A DNA stretch of 64,000 nucleotides from Bigelowiella natans CCMP2755. Its lineage: Eukaryota > Protista > Cercozoa. Shown here piece by piece: positions 41,097 through 55,039 of this stretch (position 1 is the stretch's first letter; every line of letters starts with the position of its first letter). The stretch spans positions 62,001 to 126,000 of the forward strand of contig ADNK01002363.1 of the NCBI GenBank assembly GCA_000320545.1, given 5' to 3'. Under the pieces are notes generated by a model that saw nothing but the letters and a program-made list of their open reading frames with translations, had not been told where the DNA came from and did no database searches. Both the position numbers and the translations under genes were made by a program.

Positions 41097-42143
41097 TCTC
41101 ACAAGAAGAACAGCTTTCCTGCTTAAAGTATAAATATATGTCCCAATAGCCATTAGAATAACAACACTGTATCGAGAGAAGTCAAATTTGTTCATTATCA
41201 TCACCATCATCATCATTAACCACCACCACCACCGCCACAGATAACAAACCTAAGGCTCGGAGCGAGTTCTCTTCGCGTGTATTCCTGTGTCCGCTTCTTA
41301 TGGATGGCTGTTTTCAAAAAACGCAGGCCATTTTCACTATAAGATAAACAAAAACTTGAAACGCACGTTTGCAGACCGCCATCACGGATAAAATCGCAGA
41401 GAAGCCGTGAAAAGAGAGTGAAACGTATGAGATTTTCGTAATATGAAATCGCCAATGGTGCCTTGGGATGGGTTCTTCAATTTGAACGCGCGCTTACTTG
41501 AAAGCGCCTTTTCAGCAGTTTCAGATACAAGTTCTGGCTTTCTGGTAGAAGTTTAAGTATCTATTTACATGAATATTTAAAATAAATCTCCCTAAAGTAT
41601 TGTCGTTATTCATAAACAAAATCCTTTAGGCATTAATTAGCACATCTAGTACATATATCTGGTTGAAATGAAATCTCATTCAAATTCTTAAATCTGTGGT
41701 TAAAGAATGCATTCAGATCCCATTGAAATTTCAAAATTTTCATGTCGCCAAACTAAAACTAATTCCATCTTTTCAAAAAGTCATGAAAAGCTCCTCTACG
41801 GCTGAATTAACAACATTAAGACCATCCTGATAAGTGGTAATGGGCTCTATCTTCTCGGAGTCTCTTCGAGACAGGCTTTAAACTCCAGCATATTTCAATT
41901 TTTGGACAAAGTCTCGGAAGGATCTCTGAGGAATCTCCTGGCCTCTCCAGCCTGGTAATAAATCGGTTTTGGAACCAACGTCTTTGGGCACTGAAACGAC
42001 TCACATCCCAAATCTAGGAAACCCCCTACCACAAAACGGTGAAAAAGACGAAAAATAAGGTTTGAAATCATGTGCAATGGGGAAGATGCAAATGAGTGAC
42101 ATAGTACATAATGAACACGACACACACCCTGCTGTTTCTGCAG

Positions 42144-43967
42144 ATGGATCGGCTGCAAAATGAGATCAAAAAGGTTGTTTTCCGCCACTGCAACGCGCGT
42201 CCTCATCGCCTTGAAGAGGAGCGTATCAAGTTCCTGGTGAGTACATTCCAAGTGTGTAAAGGTATTTAACTGAGCACCTTGATTTTGATGCAGGCAAATT
42301 TTATGTCTCGATGGACTGGTGGTCGGGACTCCATGAAGTATCCTCAATTCATCTCGGCCATCCGCTCCCTAAATGTTGTTGTGAACGCCAAGGAAGCAGA
42401 AGAGATGTTCAATTCCATTGACAAGAACGGAAATGGAAATCTCTCAATCGAGGAGTTTGCTGCAAAGGTGGTTCAATCACCTTGCAAGGAAAGCTGGTCA
42501 CTAATTAATATATTGTTGTCGTCTATATAATAATCAGTGTCTTGGAGGACTGAGCTTATCCGAGGATCCTGAGAGTCGCTACATTCAACGTGCTCCACCT
42601 GTCCGTCAAAGCCGTCCTGCTCCGATTAAGCCTCAGCGAGCACCGAACAATGTTCTTCCGGTTTGAACAATACGATTGCATGGCAGCATCTTTGCAAAAC
42701 TAGGCTCTAGCTAACTCATGGTTCTCATTTGTCAGACCACAGGGCCGGCAATCAATAAGGTCGACATGAAGAAAGTCAACGAGACCAAAAATGCCCTTAT
42801 TCTTCCCACCGAAGATAAAGTTGATATCTCAAGTATGCTCGTGGATTCCATGAGGAAAACTATTATAGCTCGTGGAGGCTGCGACTCAATCGCCGCTGTT
42901 GGCCGTCTATTTCGTATTATGGACGACGACCGTAACCGAAGGCTTGATATTGACGAAATCCAAACCGGTTTGTAAGCTAAATACTTATATACGTATATCA
43001 CGTGATCTATAGAAGATTTTGCTTTGATGCATTTCAAGAAATTACATCTTGCATATGCCTACGATACAAACTATCCTTTCGCGATCGAACAATTCAGGTC
43101 TGGCTGATTACGGACTAAGAATTTCAAAGGGTGACATCGTCCTTCTGATTGATGCAATCAACGAAAGTCCAGGAAAAGGTCATTCACGATATGATGTCTC
43201 GAATTACAGAGTATGTAGTCATGTATTTTAACCCGCGGTTGTAAATTGACGTTGATGTTGCGATTTCACCAATAAATACAGGTTATGTAAGGTATGATGA
43301 ATTACTTTACGCTCTTCGGGGCGAATTGAATGAGAGGAGGAAGGCCATGGTTCTCAAAGCATACGCAGTGTTCGACAAAACAGGGGACGGCATCGTGGAC
43401 TTCAATGACATTAAAAAAGCATACGATCCCTCATTTCATCCAGACGTAAAGAGTGGAAAGAAGTCGCCGGAGCAGGCACTGACAACGTGGTTAGCAATTT
43501 TTGAGGGTTCTGTCAAGGACGGAAAGGTACAGCATTAGAAAATAATGTAACAAGGACATTATATTCCATGCTCTGACAATAAAATTCCTTTTTCGCATTG
43601 CATCGAAGGTTACGAAAGAAGAATTTCTCCACTACTACTCGAACATCAGCGCATCTATTGACAACGACGACTACTTCGAGCTGATGATCCGCAACTCATG
43701 GTAATTTGTACTACCCGAAAATGTGTGTGTATTGGTCTTCACTACTTGCTTTTCGTCTTATCTTAACACAGGCACATCAGTGGCGGAAGCGGTCAGAGTG
43801 CTAACACCTCGAACCTAAGGGTGCTAGTTATATTCAGGGACGGCACACAAGATGTCGTAGAGCTTGAAAATGATATCGGAGTGGACCCCCATGACTATAG
43901 GACCGTCGTTGGCATGCTTAGAAAGCAAGGATATAGCAATATTGCGAAGGTCCGCACAATGCACTAG
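42144..43967 (+). CDS. Calcyphosin-like EF-hand calcium-binding protein
   Basis: EF hands [36 protein letters not shown]. Calcyphosin signatures [70 protein letters not shown]. Start codon uncertain. Confidence 0.9.
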
Positions 43968-45748
43968 AATTACTATCTTTCTCGGTTATGCTAAATTAGC
44001 ATTTAAAACTGTCTGATCCCGTATTCCATCATTATGGCACTTTGCTGAATGAGATCTACGTGTTTCAATTCACATGGTAGTACAACCAGACAGAGGTTAC
44101 ATGATGTTGTTCACTGTCACAAGGAGAAAAAAACCATGTCATCATCATATTCACAAGATTGTCCCCAACTAATTTGACGATCCGCTAGCTTGTGCATCGA
44201 TGTCCATCTAAACATGCATTCATGTGGCTGTACGCAGCAGCTTACTTGGCAGGATTGTCACACTAGTTCAGCACATGCGCAGGAACAATTCCGATCCACA
44301 CGCGCACTTCCAGACTACTAAATGACTCATTGAAACAATAACGCACGTGTAGCTGAAGCTGCAAGCTAGATGCTATGCTAGCTAGCATGCATCATCACCG
44401 CACGTAACACATGCACATCATATATAGCAGACATGTGGCCGATCGATACGTACGTCCGCGCATGCTGCATGTAGGACGAGCAAAAAACAATGCAATAATT
44501 GCCGAGCATGTACGTATATGCGCGTGGCAAACAAGAGCGTAGCTAGCTTAGCTAGCTAGGCTATATAGACATCTAGATATATCTAGATATGCGACGAGTT
44601 ACGCCCGTACCTAGCAAGCGCACGCTATATGGCAAACCACGCTAGCACGTACTAGATCTAGACCATCGCTTGCATCGCAACAAACACGCGTATCTCTGCT
44701 GCAATTTTTGTCGCATCAGTGCTTGCGTTCCGATCCGCCAGCATGCACAAGCACACGTACATGCATGCAACAGCACTTCATGCGAGCGCATCGGCATAAT
44801 AATCATATGGCCATGAGAGATAACGCATCGTATCGTACGACCATGCAATCGCAAATTGAGACAACAAATGGATCGATCGACGATGCGAGCACATCCTATC
44901 TATAGCTATGTCCGATCACAAACGCATACACACGCTCCATGGTAGCATGTATAATGGCCGGCTTTATTTGTTGTGCTCATTGTTGCGTGCATGTTAGTTA
45001 TTGCACTGGGCGTACGCACAATCATGTGCAACCACAGACATATTGTATGATGTACCGTCTAGCGATGTCTGGTATGACACATATTACAGCACAAGCACAT
45101 GTGCATCTTGACATTGCTTATTCATAATTAACAAGTCATTTTACACCTTCTTGTGCTAGATACACCATTCTATTCTTCATTTATATATATATTTTGCAAT
45201 TTTGAAGCCAATCGTGTAATGCTTGTAGCTGCCCACACGTACCATGATGACAATTCTATTTCTGCCTGGTTGATGCAATAATACTAATCATTGCGTGCTA
45301 CACATTGAATAGCCTCATTGATGGAACTGCTTCGATGAGCCGATAAGCTTAGACCTTTGAAAATATTATTCGAATTTAGGAATATCAGATTGTGTCTTCC
45401 AATTGTTTCTCAATGCATAGAAGTAACACTGAGCAGAGGTCTTAAACGAGTTCGACTACATAAGTAGTAGGCTTATCTCCGATTTACTGTGATAATAATA
45501 AACTCAGATTTCCTCTCTCGATTTAAGACAAGACTTTACTCATAACGATAGATTTGTCGTATTTAATTTAAACGATTTTTAAAATTTAGAAATAGGAAAT
45601 ACTCATATGCATTATTTTAAAAACTCAATGGTTCAGAAAAAACAGCATTCACAAAAGATTAATTTTGGGTTTCTCTAGAAAATGGGCATGATAGTATTGC
45701 TTGAGAAGTATTACATCTCATATGTTCCCCCCTCCTTTTTCCTCTCTC

Positions 45749-45797
<49 letters not shown>

Positions 45798-45980
45798 GTT
45801 TTGTTTCTCTGCTTTCCATGACCATAAGCCGGAGACACCACCATAACTGGCCTTCTTCGTATGTGAACCATCTTTGCTGTCGTCGCCCACCGATCTTTCA
45901 ACAGTGTTTGCTTTCCGACCCTAATTGATTAGATTGCATCATCACTATATGCATTATCAGGTTATGGTAGTTGAATACAT

Positions 45981-46018
<38 letters not shown>

Positions 46019-46032
46019 ACTAAATTTCCTTA

Positions 46033-46287
46033 TCAAATAGGTAATGTAAAGCGATCATGTTCATCATGAGCACACACTTGATGAAGATTCTTGATTTCCT
46101 CCTTGTCCTTTGCTGCAAGTTGCTCTTGTTGGCGCTTTGTAATCGCCCGAACAAACCGTAGACAAAGGCGAGATTTCTTAAACCTATAAATTGATAATGA
46201 CCTTTTTCAGCAGGTTGCATTTTATGAGACGGCTGCATTATCAATATTTGTTTCTTCTCTCTTCAATATTCACAATGCTCTTTCGCA

Positions 46288-46328
<41 letters not shown>

Positions 46329-48155
46329 GCACGCGAATACAAGCACAATCACTATACCTTTTAAACGAGTCATTCTTCATAAGGTCATAAATCTCTTTCT
46401 GCGCGACGTCAAAGACGTTCTCCGTGACCTTTTGTTACGAAATAGAAAAAAGGAGTTGTTGTTGCATCAGGAGGAATTTCCTCTATTGTAATCACAACAA
46501 TAACTCTTTCAACGATTCTGCAACTTGTTGGAAATCAAAGAATGCGTGGTCTCTAGGAATGAAAACGCTTGTTGTACTTCCATAATATTATGCCCCGAAA
46601 TATGCATAATCGTTTGTACTTGCAACTTGAATATGTTAATATGAAATAACCTCCTTCTTTTCAAATTTCTTTCTAATTTTTGATCTCGTACGAGCATCAA
46701 TGTTAAGCTCCATCAGACAGCTTCCTAAGAACAATGAGAAGAACAAGAAGAACAAGACACGTAGAACACGATGATCGATCGTACGGACAACAGAAAGCAA
46801 ACAAAACGATGGGAAGACAATACCAAAAAGAAGTAAGTAATACGATATGATGGAATAGAGAATAAGATGGAGGAGAATGAAGAAGAAGAAGAAGAAGATA
46901 TATTTCCCTGTGTAGTGTGTACGTCTGTTTTGTATAGTAGTAGTGAGCAGCACCTGTGAAGAATTGTGAATATAATATCCTAGCAGTAGATATTAACTGC
47001 TCCTTGGTGTAGTCCTTGTCCTTCCATTTCGTTCGAAAGTTCTCAACCTAATTATCATCATTAATGTGCATTAGTCAGTACACGTAGTAGTAGCAGTGGT
47101 GGTGGTGGTGGTGGTGCCAAGACAGCAGCACGTACAACCTGACGCCAGAAGACGATGTTCTCATGAGAGCACTCCTGTCGGAGATGCGACGAAAAGTACT
47201 TTATTCCGACCTAGTATGGTGAAGGTGGTGGTGGTTTACGTGGTGGGCCAACTTCATAATATGCTCTTCTTCCTCTCATATATCTTCTCTCTCCTCCCTC
47301 ACACCCCCCCCTTTCCCGTGTGCGTGTGTTTGTGTGTGTTCCACTCACATTTTAAGCAGCAGTGTCTTAATAAAAACGAGTGATGACAACAAAGATAATC
47401 GTAATTTTCACAAGCAGTACCATTATTATATTAAACTCATCATCCTTAACAATAGTACTACCGGATCTGTGATCACATCCATTAGCTTGAGACTTTTCAG
47501 GATATTAGTCGGGCTCCTAACAAGAATGAAGAGATGATTATAACCATCACGACCGCCAGCACTACCATCATCATCATCATCATCATCATCATCATTACTA
47601 AGAGTAATATATAGGGATAACAATACATTATTTGAGTTTCTTCTTCTTCTTCGTATGCTTCTTCGAAATCATTGAATGGCTTTATCGCAATATTCCTTAA
47701 ACTTAGGCTGCCTGGTAAAGTGTGATGACGTCATGATGATTATGATGAAGATGACATTGACCGCTGTTTTCTAGAGCTATTGCTGTATTAAAATACAGCA
47801 TTTTACAAAACAATCCTGTACCACAACTTCTCCTCTATGCTTATTATGCGACGACTCACAGTGGTTAGGAGCATAATAGAGCAGCATTCAAAAACAAGGA
47901 GCTTGAGTACTACTGCCAACTACCTCTTTTCATACTATTCTTCTGGATCTGGATGATTTCGGGATTGCTGACGCTGTTTTTCACTTCGTCTCCCCTTTTT
48001 TCAGTGCTGCTCTTCACCGTTTTTAAGGTACCCTGTCATCATTTATTATATGAAATGCTGTAAAAACGACGTAAAAAAAAATATACAAGGTGGGTACTTT
48101 CCAAAAAAAAACGATAGTATCAGCCACCGTTGTCCCTTCAACAGCACACAAGAAG

Positions 48156-48205
<50 letters not shown>

Positions 48206-48236
48206 AACTATAAAGTTATATGTGAATGTATCACTT

Positions 48237-48286
<50 letters not shown>

Positions 48287-50392
48287 GTATATATTGAATA
48301 AACTTAAAGCAGTAGCCCTCCTCCTCCTCCTCCTCCTACTACTATTACTAAGTACCGGCCTAGAGAGGATCTGCGATTGCCTAAAAGGTGCTGAGAGCCG
48401 TCGAGAGGTGTACGCCTGAACGCTATTGGTTGATGTCTTTTCTGAAGATGTTGTTGTCATTACTATCTCGGATGATGATATGTCTGAATTACTCCCTCCA
48501 TCAGTTCCAACATTTCGCACTAGTAGATTAAGTGAGGTATGAGCGGAAGCATCGTTGTCATCGTCGTTTTGAGTAGGGGCTGCTGCTAAAATGCCTTCTC
48601 CCCCTCCTCCTTCTCCTTCGCCAGCCAGCATCTTGCTATTTTCCGGCGAGGGAGTGAGCCTGTTGAAGTTAGTATGTTCATGTCATTTATTCCATTCTTA
48701 TTCTTTGTCTCAGTAGCAGCAGCGAAATGAGTAGACTACATACCTTCTCAGCAGTTCTTCGGGTTCTTCCGGAATACTTTTCCTCCCACTGCCTCTATTA
48801 TAGTAGGAAACAACAGTATCATCATCATCTACAATAACAACCAAAACCACAAAAAGTGTTGTTGCAGCATTAGTTGTGTTAGTGGACATACACACAGCAG
48901 CAAGCAGCAAATATTAAGATAGTAGTGTGATAGCACCTTTCTCCAAGAAGTTCTGAGAAGGAAACAAGATCTTTCTCCAACAGCGCATTAAATTGAGAGT
49001 TAAGAAGCTTTTGCATCGGTATTCGCACTGGAAAGGTGAAATCCAAATTAAACAGATTTATAAGGAAAGTAAGAGCATAAATACTAATCATAGCACCAGA
49101 AATACAACTAACAATATATAAAATTATGAAGACAGAAAATAATTAGTCTCTCTCTTCCCTCTCCCCCATTATTTGAATCACATAAATGATTTAGACTCTG
49201 TAACATGGCTCAAAGCTCTATCTAATGTTGAGAATCGCCGGTAGTTTATTCTTTCAAAAGCACTTTATGTTTAGAACTTTGGCTTCTTTTAGTTCCGAAT
49301 TTTGGGTACATCATAATCGCAGGATTAGTACTCCCTGTCCTCCTGTATCTTCGTTTTCTTCTTCTTCTCGTCATTGTCATCATCATTGCCACCCCTCACT
49401 CTTCGTTACACCATTAAAATGCTAGAAACATATGTGGTGTGCGCAGGAAATGTGGTTTTAATAAAGACCTGCAATAGCTTGCGTTGACTCTAATGAAGAT
49501 AATCAATTCCATCGTAACATTAACAACAAACATATTATCAGTGCGAGGATGGAGTGAGTGGATGAAAACACATAGGTAGTAACAATAATAATAGGTAGTG
49601 GTAGTTCATATTCGAATCTGGGGCTTTTTCTTAGCCCACCTCAGGCATACATAACATAAAGATTTGGATCTTCTTAGCTCCCCTCAGGCAGCAAATACAT
49701 AATATAGCACCACAAAGTAAAATCAAGATATGATCATTTCCCAACATACATACATGCATACATACTACTAGTAGTAAAAGCGAAAAGGAACAGAATGCTG
49801 TTTGTTCTACGTTTTCTTTTTCGCCAATCAGCCATCAATGGCACCCACCTGCAACGTGCATTTCGACTTTGGCGCAGTCTTTCATGTTTGATGTGAGAAG
49901 CTTCATTCTCTGCAACTCCTGATCTTCTACGCTCCGGATCCACTCCCGTACCTACCACAACCCATGTTTGATCAAAATACTATCGAGGAGGAGGACGAGG
50001 AGGATCGATGCAGGTGGTGGTGATGGTGGAAAAAAGGAGGCCTTTCAGCCAGGAAGACGAACACTCAGCATCAGGAAACAAGTGCAAATATTTTTTATGT
50101 AATATACTCTCTCCCTTTCTCTCTCTCACGTAGTATTCCTCATCATCGACAAGACGTCCCTACTCACATGCTCACCAGTCAGTCACCTTTTTGTCGTATC
50201 CACGAGCAAATTCATTGTATTGCAATCTCGCCTCCATATATCTAAAATAACGTGATAAGATATGTTCTTAATTCTGCTGCTACTAACTTAAACTACTACA
50301 TGACGAGAACTTAGTTCATCATCATCACTATGGCTATACTATCTACCAGTAGTACCTTTTCCTTGCTGTCGGTCCTCCTTCACTTGTTGCCT

Positions 50393-50427
<35 letters not shown>

Positions 50428-50658
50428 ATGATGATACCCAATCATGATATACCTTCTAGTTGTGACTACTGACACACTCAAACACATGCAAACACATACA
50501 CTCAAACACACACACACACACACACACACATCATTCTAATACATGCTGAGCACACGCCCGGGCGTCTCTGTGCATCCTTGAAATCTTGCCTGTGTATTAT
50601 TCACATTAAATAGCAGGGAGTGGTGGTCCATTATAGTAACATACGTAGTAAACCCACG

Positions 50659-50689
<31 letters not shown>

Positions 50690-51084
50690 GTAGCAGTGTG
50701 ATATTTGTAATAATATTTTCGTGTTATTTTCATTGATAGGAATAATATAATCATCCAGTATGTTGGTGGGGAACACTTACGATCCGAACGTTGATATTCG
50801 TTAACAACAGCTCCAAGGTGGGCGACGAACTCTTCTCTCTGCTCTTGCAGCTTGGGAATCTAATATAAAATTTGAATTAAATGAGAGGTAGCTGGTGGCA
50901 ATCCTTGTACTCAGAATGACAAAAAAAATACAAGTAGGAATTACGAGTGTATCGTGTCAATAAAAGTGTAAGAGGAGAAGGAGACCACCATTTTTTCCAG
51001 TCTCTCCGCAGCCTCAGCATGGGCGTTACGCATGCTTTTCAATAGTCCTGGTGTGTAGCATAGCACAAAAACACAAAAAACACA

Positions 51085-51119
<35 letters not shown>

Positions 51120-51152
51120 GTATATGTACAATATATAAGTAATTTACATATG

Positions 51153-51187
<35 letters not shown>

Positions 51188-51209
51188 GTGTGTTTGTGTT
51201 TTTGTGTGT

Positions 51210-51250
<41 letters not shown>

Positions 51251-51344
51251 GTAGAAACTAATCTTTGTCGATAAAATACGTTGAATTTCTTGCCAGAATA
51301 TCCGGATTGTCGGCATGCAATCAGAGCCTGATAAGTGGAACGAC

Positions 51345-51378
<34 letters not shown>

Positions 51379-51482
51379 ACGACATACGTCGTGCACAGAT
51401 ATACCATCAGCGATTAGATTTTACGAGGACGGCGACACTTCACAAATTAGCCTCCGTTTCTAAGAACAGAAAGATGAAATAG

Positions 51483-51521
<39 letters not shown>

Positions 51522-52354
51522 TGCAACAACAAACGAATAGGAGCTACTTGAAATTGTGTCCTGATCTGGCGTCTCCATAAGCCATTGAAGCTCATCGGAG
51601 AACAAAGTGTGCAGATTGCCTAGTGGCAGAAGATATCATCTTTCCCAAAGAGAGCCAAGAGAGGCGGAACGGAACGAACAAAGGATAAATTGCATGTACT
51701 ACATAGCTTTCTTCTACAGAAAAGGGCTACTCAGTCTCTATGCTATATCCACCATTGTTGCAAAGATTCTTCTTCTTCTTCTTCTTCTTTCATGTTTGAT
51801 AGTCAGCTACTACTTAGATATGCGATCATCTCGCCCATTCTTCCCAAAGACGATGCGCCGTATCCTCCCTGGAAGACACAATCATATTTCACCGCCAGTG
51901 GTATCAACATCATGATCATCTCTTGAACAACAACAACACAAATAATCGAGCAATGGCAACACATGTCAAACGTACCTGTCTGAGGAGCATGGGCAAGTAT
52001 TGGAGATCGTCTGAATTCACCCTCTCTGCTCGTGTTGACGACGACATGAGAGCACCACCCTAGTTATCATGAAAAACCAGAATTAGTGCTTATGGTACTA
52101 GGTGGTCTCAAAGAGGATGATGATGATGACATGAGAGAGAGAGAGAGAGATACGATAAAAGATAATCATAATAATGAGACAATGCTCTTCATTCATTTGT
52201 GCACAAGCATATGTTGCATGAATGAATTAACAACTCTTCTGATTTATTTCACAACAGTAATCCGACGTCATCACTGTTATTACTCACAAGCCACGCAATT
52301 TATATAAATTCACAAGATCGTCAATGATAAAATTCTACAGACTCGCAAGATGGC

Positions 52355-52394
<40 letters not shown>

Positions 52395-54855
52395 TACATG
52401 GATGGATACGTAAAGATACTAAGCGAAGACATAAAAGAGGGATGGATGGAGAGAGGGGAGAGTGGAGGAACGTTGAATCTTAGATGCAATTTATTTTGAC
52501 AAGTTGCATACCTCATCAAACGTCGTAGTTTCGGCTGCTTTGTCATCCGTTGCTACAGCTGCTTTACGTGATTCCGAGGAAGGGCTATGGCTTCTCGAGC
52601 GACTACCAAATATTTTTCCATTCTTCGCTTTCTTCTCCTCACCAGTCATTCTGTTTGCAGGCTGCTCTCCTCCCCTAGGAGGTACTATTGGATCAGGATC
52701 TATGTCGAGCTTCAACTTGCTTCTACGCTTCTTCATTACCTCTTCCTGAGAGAAGAGTAGTCCTCTTAACATACTATCATTTCCGTGTTTTTCACACATC
52801 CCTCCCTCACCTAAGCTGCTACCACCAAGTTTTCTTATTCTTCTTACTTGATCTTGCGCCTTGATGAGCTGATCTCTAATATCTCGAAGCTGATAATCCA
52901 GGAAGTTTGCATGCTCTACGTAAAGAATCACATCCAAACAAAAATTTGACTACAACGGCATGGTACCATACCGGCTAGAGTAGTAGCTGCAGTATATATC
53001 TATCTACCTACCTATCAATCTAATGCAGGAAGCAAATGATAGTTGTAAAATCCGTATTATTTCTAGATCATATCCAATACCGTTTCGAGTTCCAAATGAG
53101 TGTGCTTGTTTTAACTGCTTCGCAATCTGGGAGAGACGTAACGACGGGGCGGCGAAGAGAGCAACGTATAATCATAAAGAAGAATGTGTGGACAACGAAC
53201 GACGAAGATTTTAAGCGTGCTTACCTTTTCTGAGCAGCCCAACTATATTTCTTGCTCTCTCTCTCTCTCTCCCTCTCTCGTATACCGACACTTTGCTTGC
53301 GGTCATCTAGTCCCAAAAAGCTCAGCCCCTCCCTCTTCCCTGTACAAATTTGTAATGAACCACTACCTGACGAAACTGCCTCTTGAGCAACTCTATCCTT
53401 TTACCATGTTCCTAAGATTAGATTTTGGCCATCATTCAAATGGCCGCCACCCCAATGCAATGCAACGACAGAGGGGTTTTAATAACTTAATAGCACTCTT
53501 TAATACCTCAGCTGGCGCGCGTTTCGTCCTTCTACTAGAAGGCGAAGAATCTCCAGACCGCCCAGAACCTATGTCCGTAGCCAGCAATAAATGTTACGAA
53601 TTCAAACGATTTGTCGAGAGTAGCGGTAAGACGCTACACAACGTGACAAAAATGAAACAAAGCAAGTACCAGCAATGTCAGATAGCTGGTCTAAAGATAG
53701 GGCTCCACTATCCATCAAGTCTTCAAGATCGCTCTGTTAGATGAAGTATGTATTACTGCGAAGCTTCACTTTCCTCCTCATGATGATGTGTTTTTTAGAA
53801 ATAATGACCGCGTTCACTCTGTGTATGACACGAGGTTGCGCCCGATTCGAACGTTTGTTTTCTTGGTACGCCTCAATTCTAGCCTCCCAGTCCTCTTCGG
53901 ATGGGCGCTTGCCAAAGTCGCCATCGTTGCGAATGTTTCTAATGAACTGATAAGCGATGTGAGTGAGATGTGGGTATCCAGTAGCAGCAAGTATGTGCGT
54001 GTTTAGTAATTGAACGTTGCCTTTTTCTCTGCATGTTTCTTGAACTGATCAACCTATGAAAGATAAATAAAAGATTGTGAAAGTTTTATATCAATTGGAG
54101 AATGTATGAGATTGGTACAAAAAATATTGACAGAAGATTTAAAAGAAATTGATCACCAAATTTAAAACCAATGGTCTCTTTCTTAACAGGTGAGAGGTTA
54201 ACCTTGACGGGCGAAAGGGGATTGTGAGGAAGGCGATTTTGTTTCGTAGGTTCTTCCGCCATCGATGGCCCGCTTCTTCACTCTTTACATACGGGTGCGC
54301 ACAAATACACGAAGAGAGAGAGGGGAGGGGGGGGGCGAAAGAGAGACAGAGAGAGAAGAGAGAGACGTTTATGTGTTCGTGACGCTGATTTGAGATATGA
54401 TCTATTTTGGAGCACAATTGATTTGTAACATATGTGTTTCCTTTCTATGACCACAGAATAGTCCAATTGAGAACAGAATACGAGATCCCTTCTATTATTT
54501 AGAGCTTCCCCTCTAGAGAAAGTGACTTTCTTCCACTGTCTGTGGCACGGGAGTTACTCACACCTTCTTTGTTTACTGCTGCTTCCTTCCTCCAATTTGT
54601 GTATATTGTTCAGCCTGGACGGTCGGAGCTGCTGCTGACACAACAGATGTTTGTTGCAGAGGGGTGAGTGTTGATTGGATTGAGTAGGTTGTTTTTGATT
54701 TCTTGTTCCTCTTCTTCTTGTTGTTGTTGCTGTTTTTGTTTCTCCTTCTCCTCCTCCTCCTCTTCGTCGTACGAGTAGTGTAGAAGATGATCTCGTAGTT
54801 ACTGTTCCTACCAGTGCTACTTGTGTTACTACTTGTGTTACTACTACTACTTGTA

Positions 54856-54894
<39 letters not shown>

Positions 54895-55019
54895 GTACCA
54901 CTTACTAGTATAGCCGTTTGCACTACTACTACGATCGTACAAGCTGTAGGAACGACGACCTGCTGCTGCAATCAGCAAGATAGGTTACTAGGGAGTTTTA
55001 CCCAAGAATCACCCTGCAT
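46033..55019 (-). CDS. Large multi-exon protein with C-terminal RGS domain (5' half could be a separate gene)
   Basis: Spliced exons 47520-46150: LMDVITDP|VGIKYFSSHLRQECSHENIVFWRQ|VENFR..ARILYSQFF..ELNIDARTRSKI..|VTENVFDVAQKEIYDLMKNDSFKR|FKKS, a canonical RGS domain. Further open minus-strand exons continue to ~55019. Confidence 0.7.
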
Positions 55020-55039
55020 TTTGTTCCTGCGACAATTAC

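Noticed and set aside
8955-52390. Many SSRs have similar lengths (~30-40 bp), hinting at a length-control mechanism
   Set aside because: Could equally be k-mer collapse in a short-read assembly. Not interpretable without long reads.
53225-53229. Possible 5-nt microexon (cag|AAAAG|gtaagc, minus strand)
   Set aside because: An alternative acceptor gives an 18-nt exon, and there is no conserved protein sequence to choose between them.
373-54971. Many poly-amino-acid ORFs (IYIY, CVCV, ERER, poly-S/D/M)
   Set aside because: They are translations of intronic microsatellites, not proteins.
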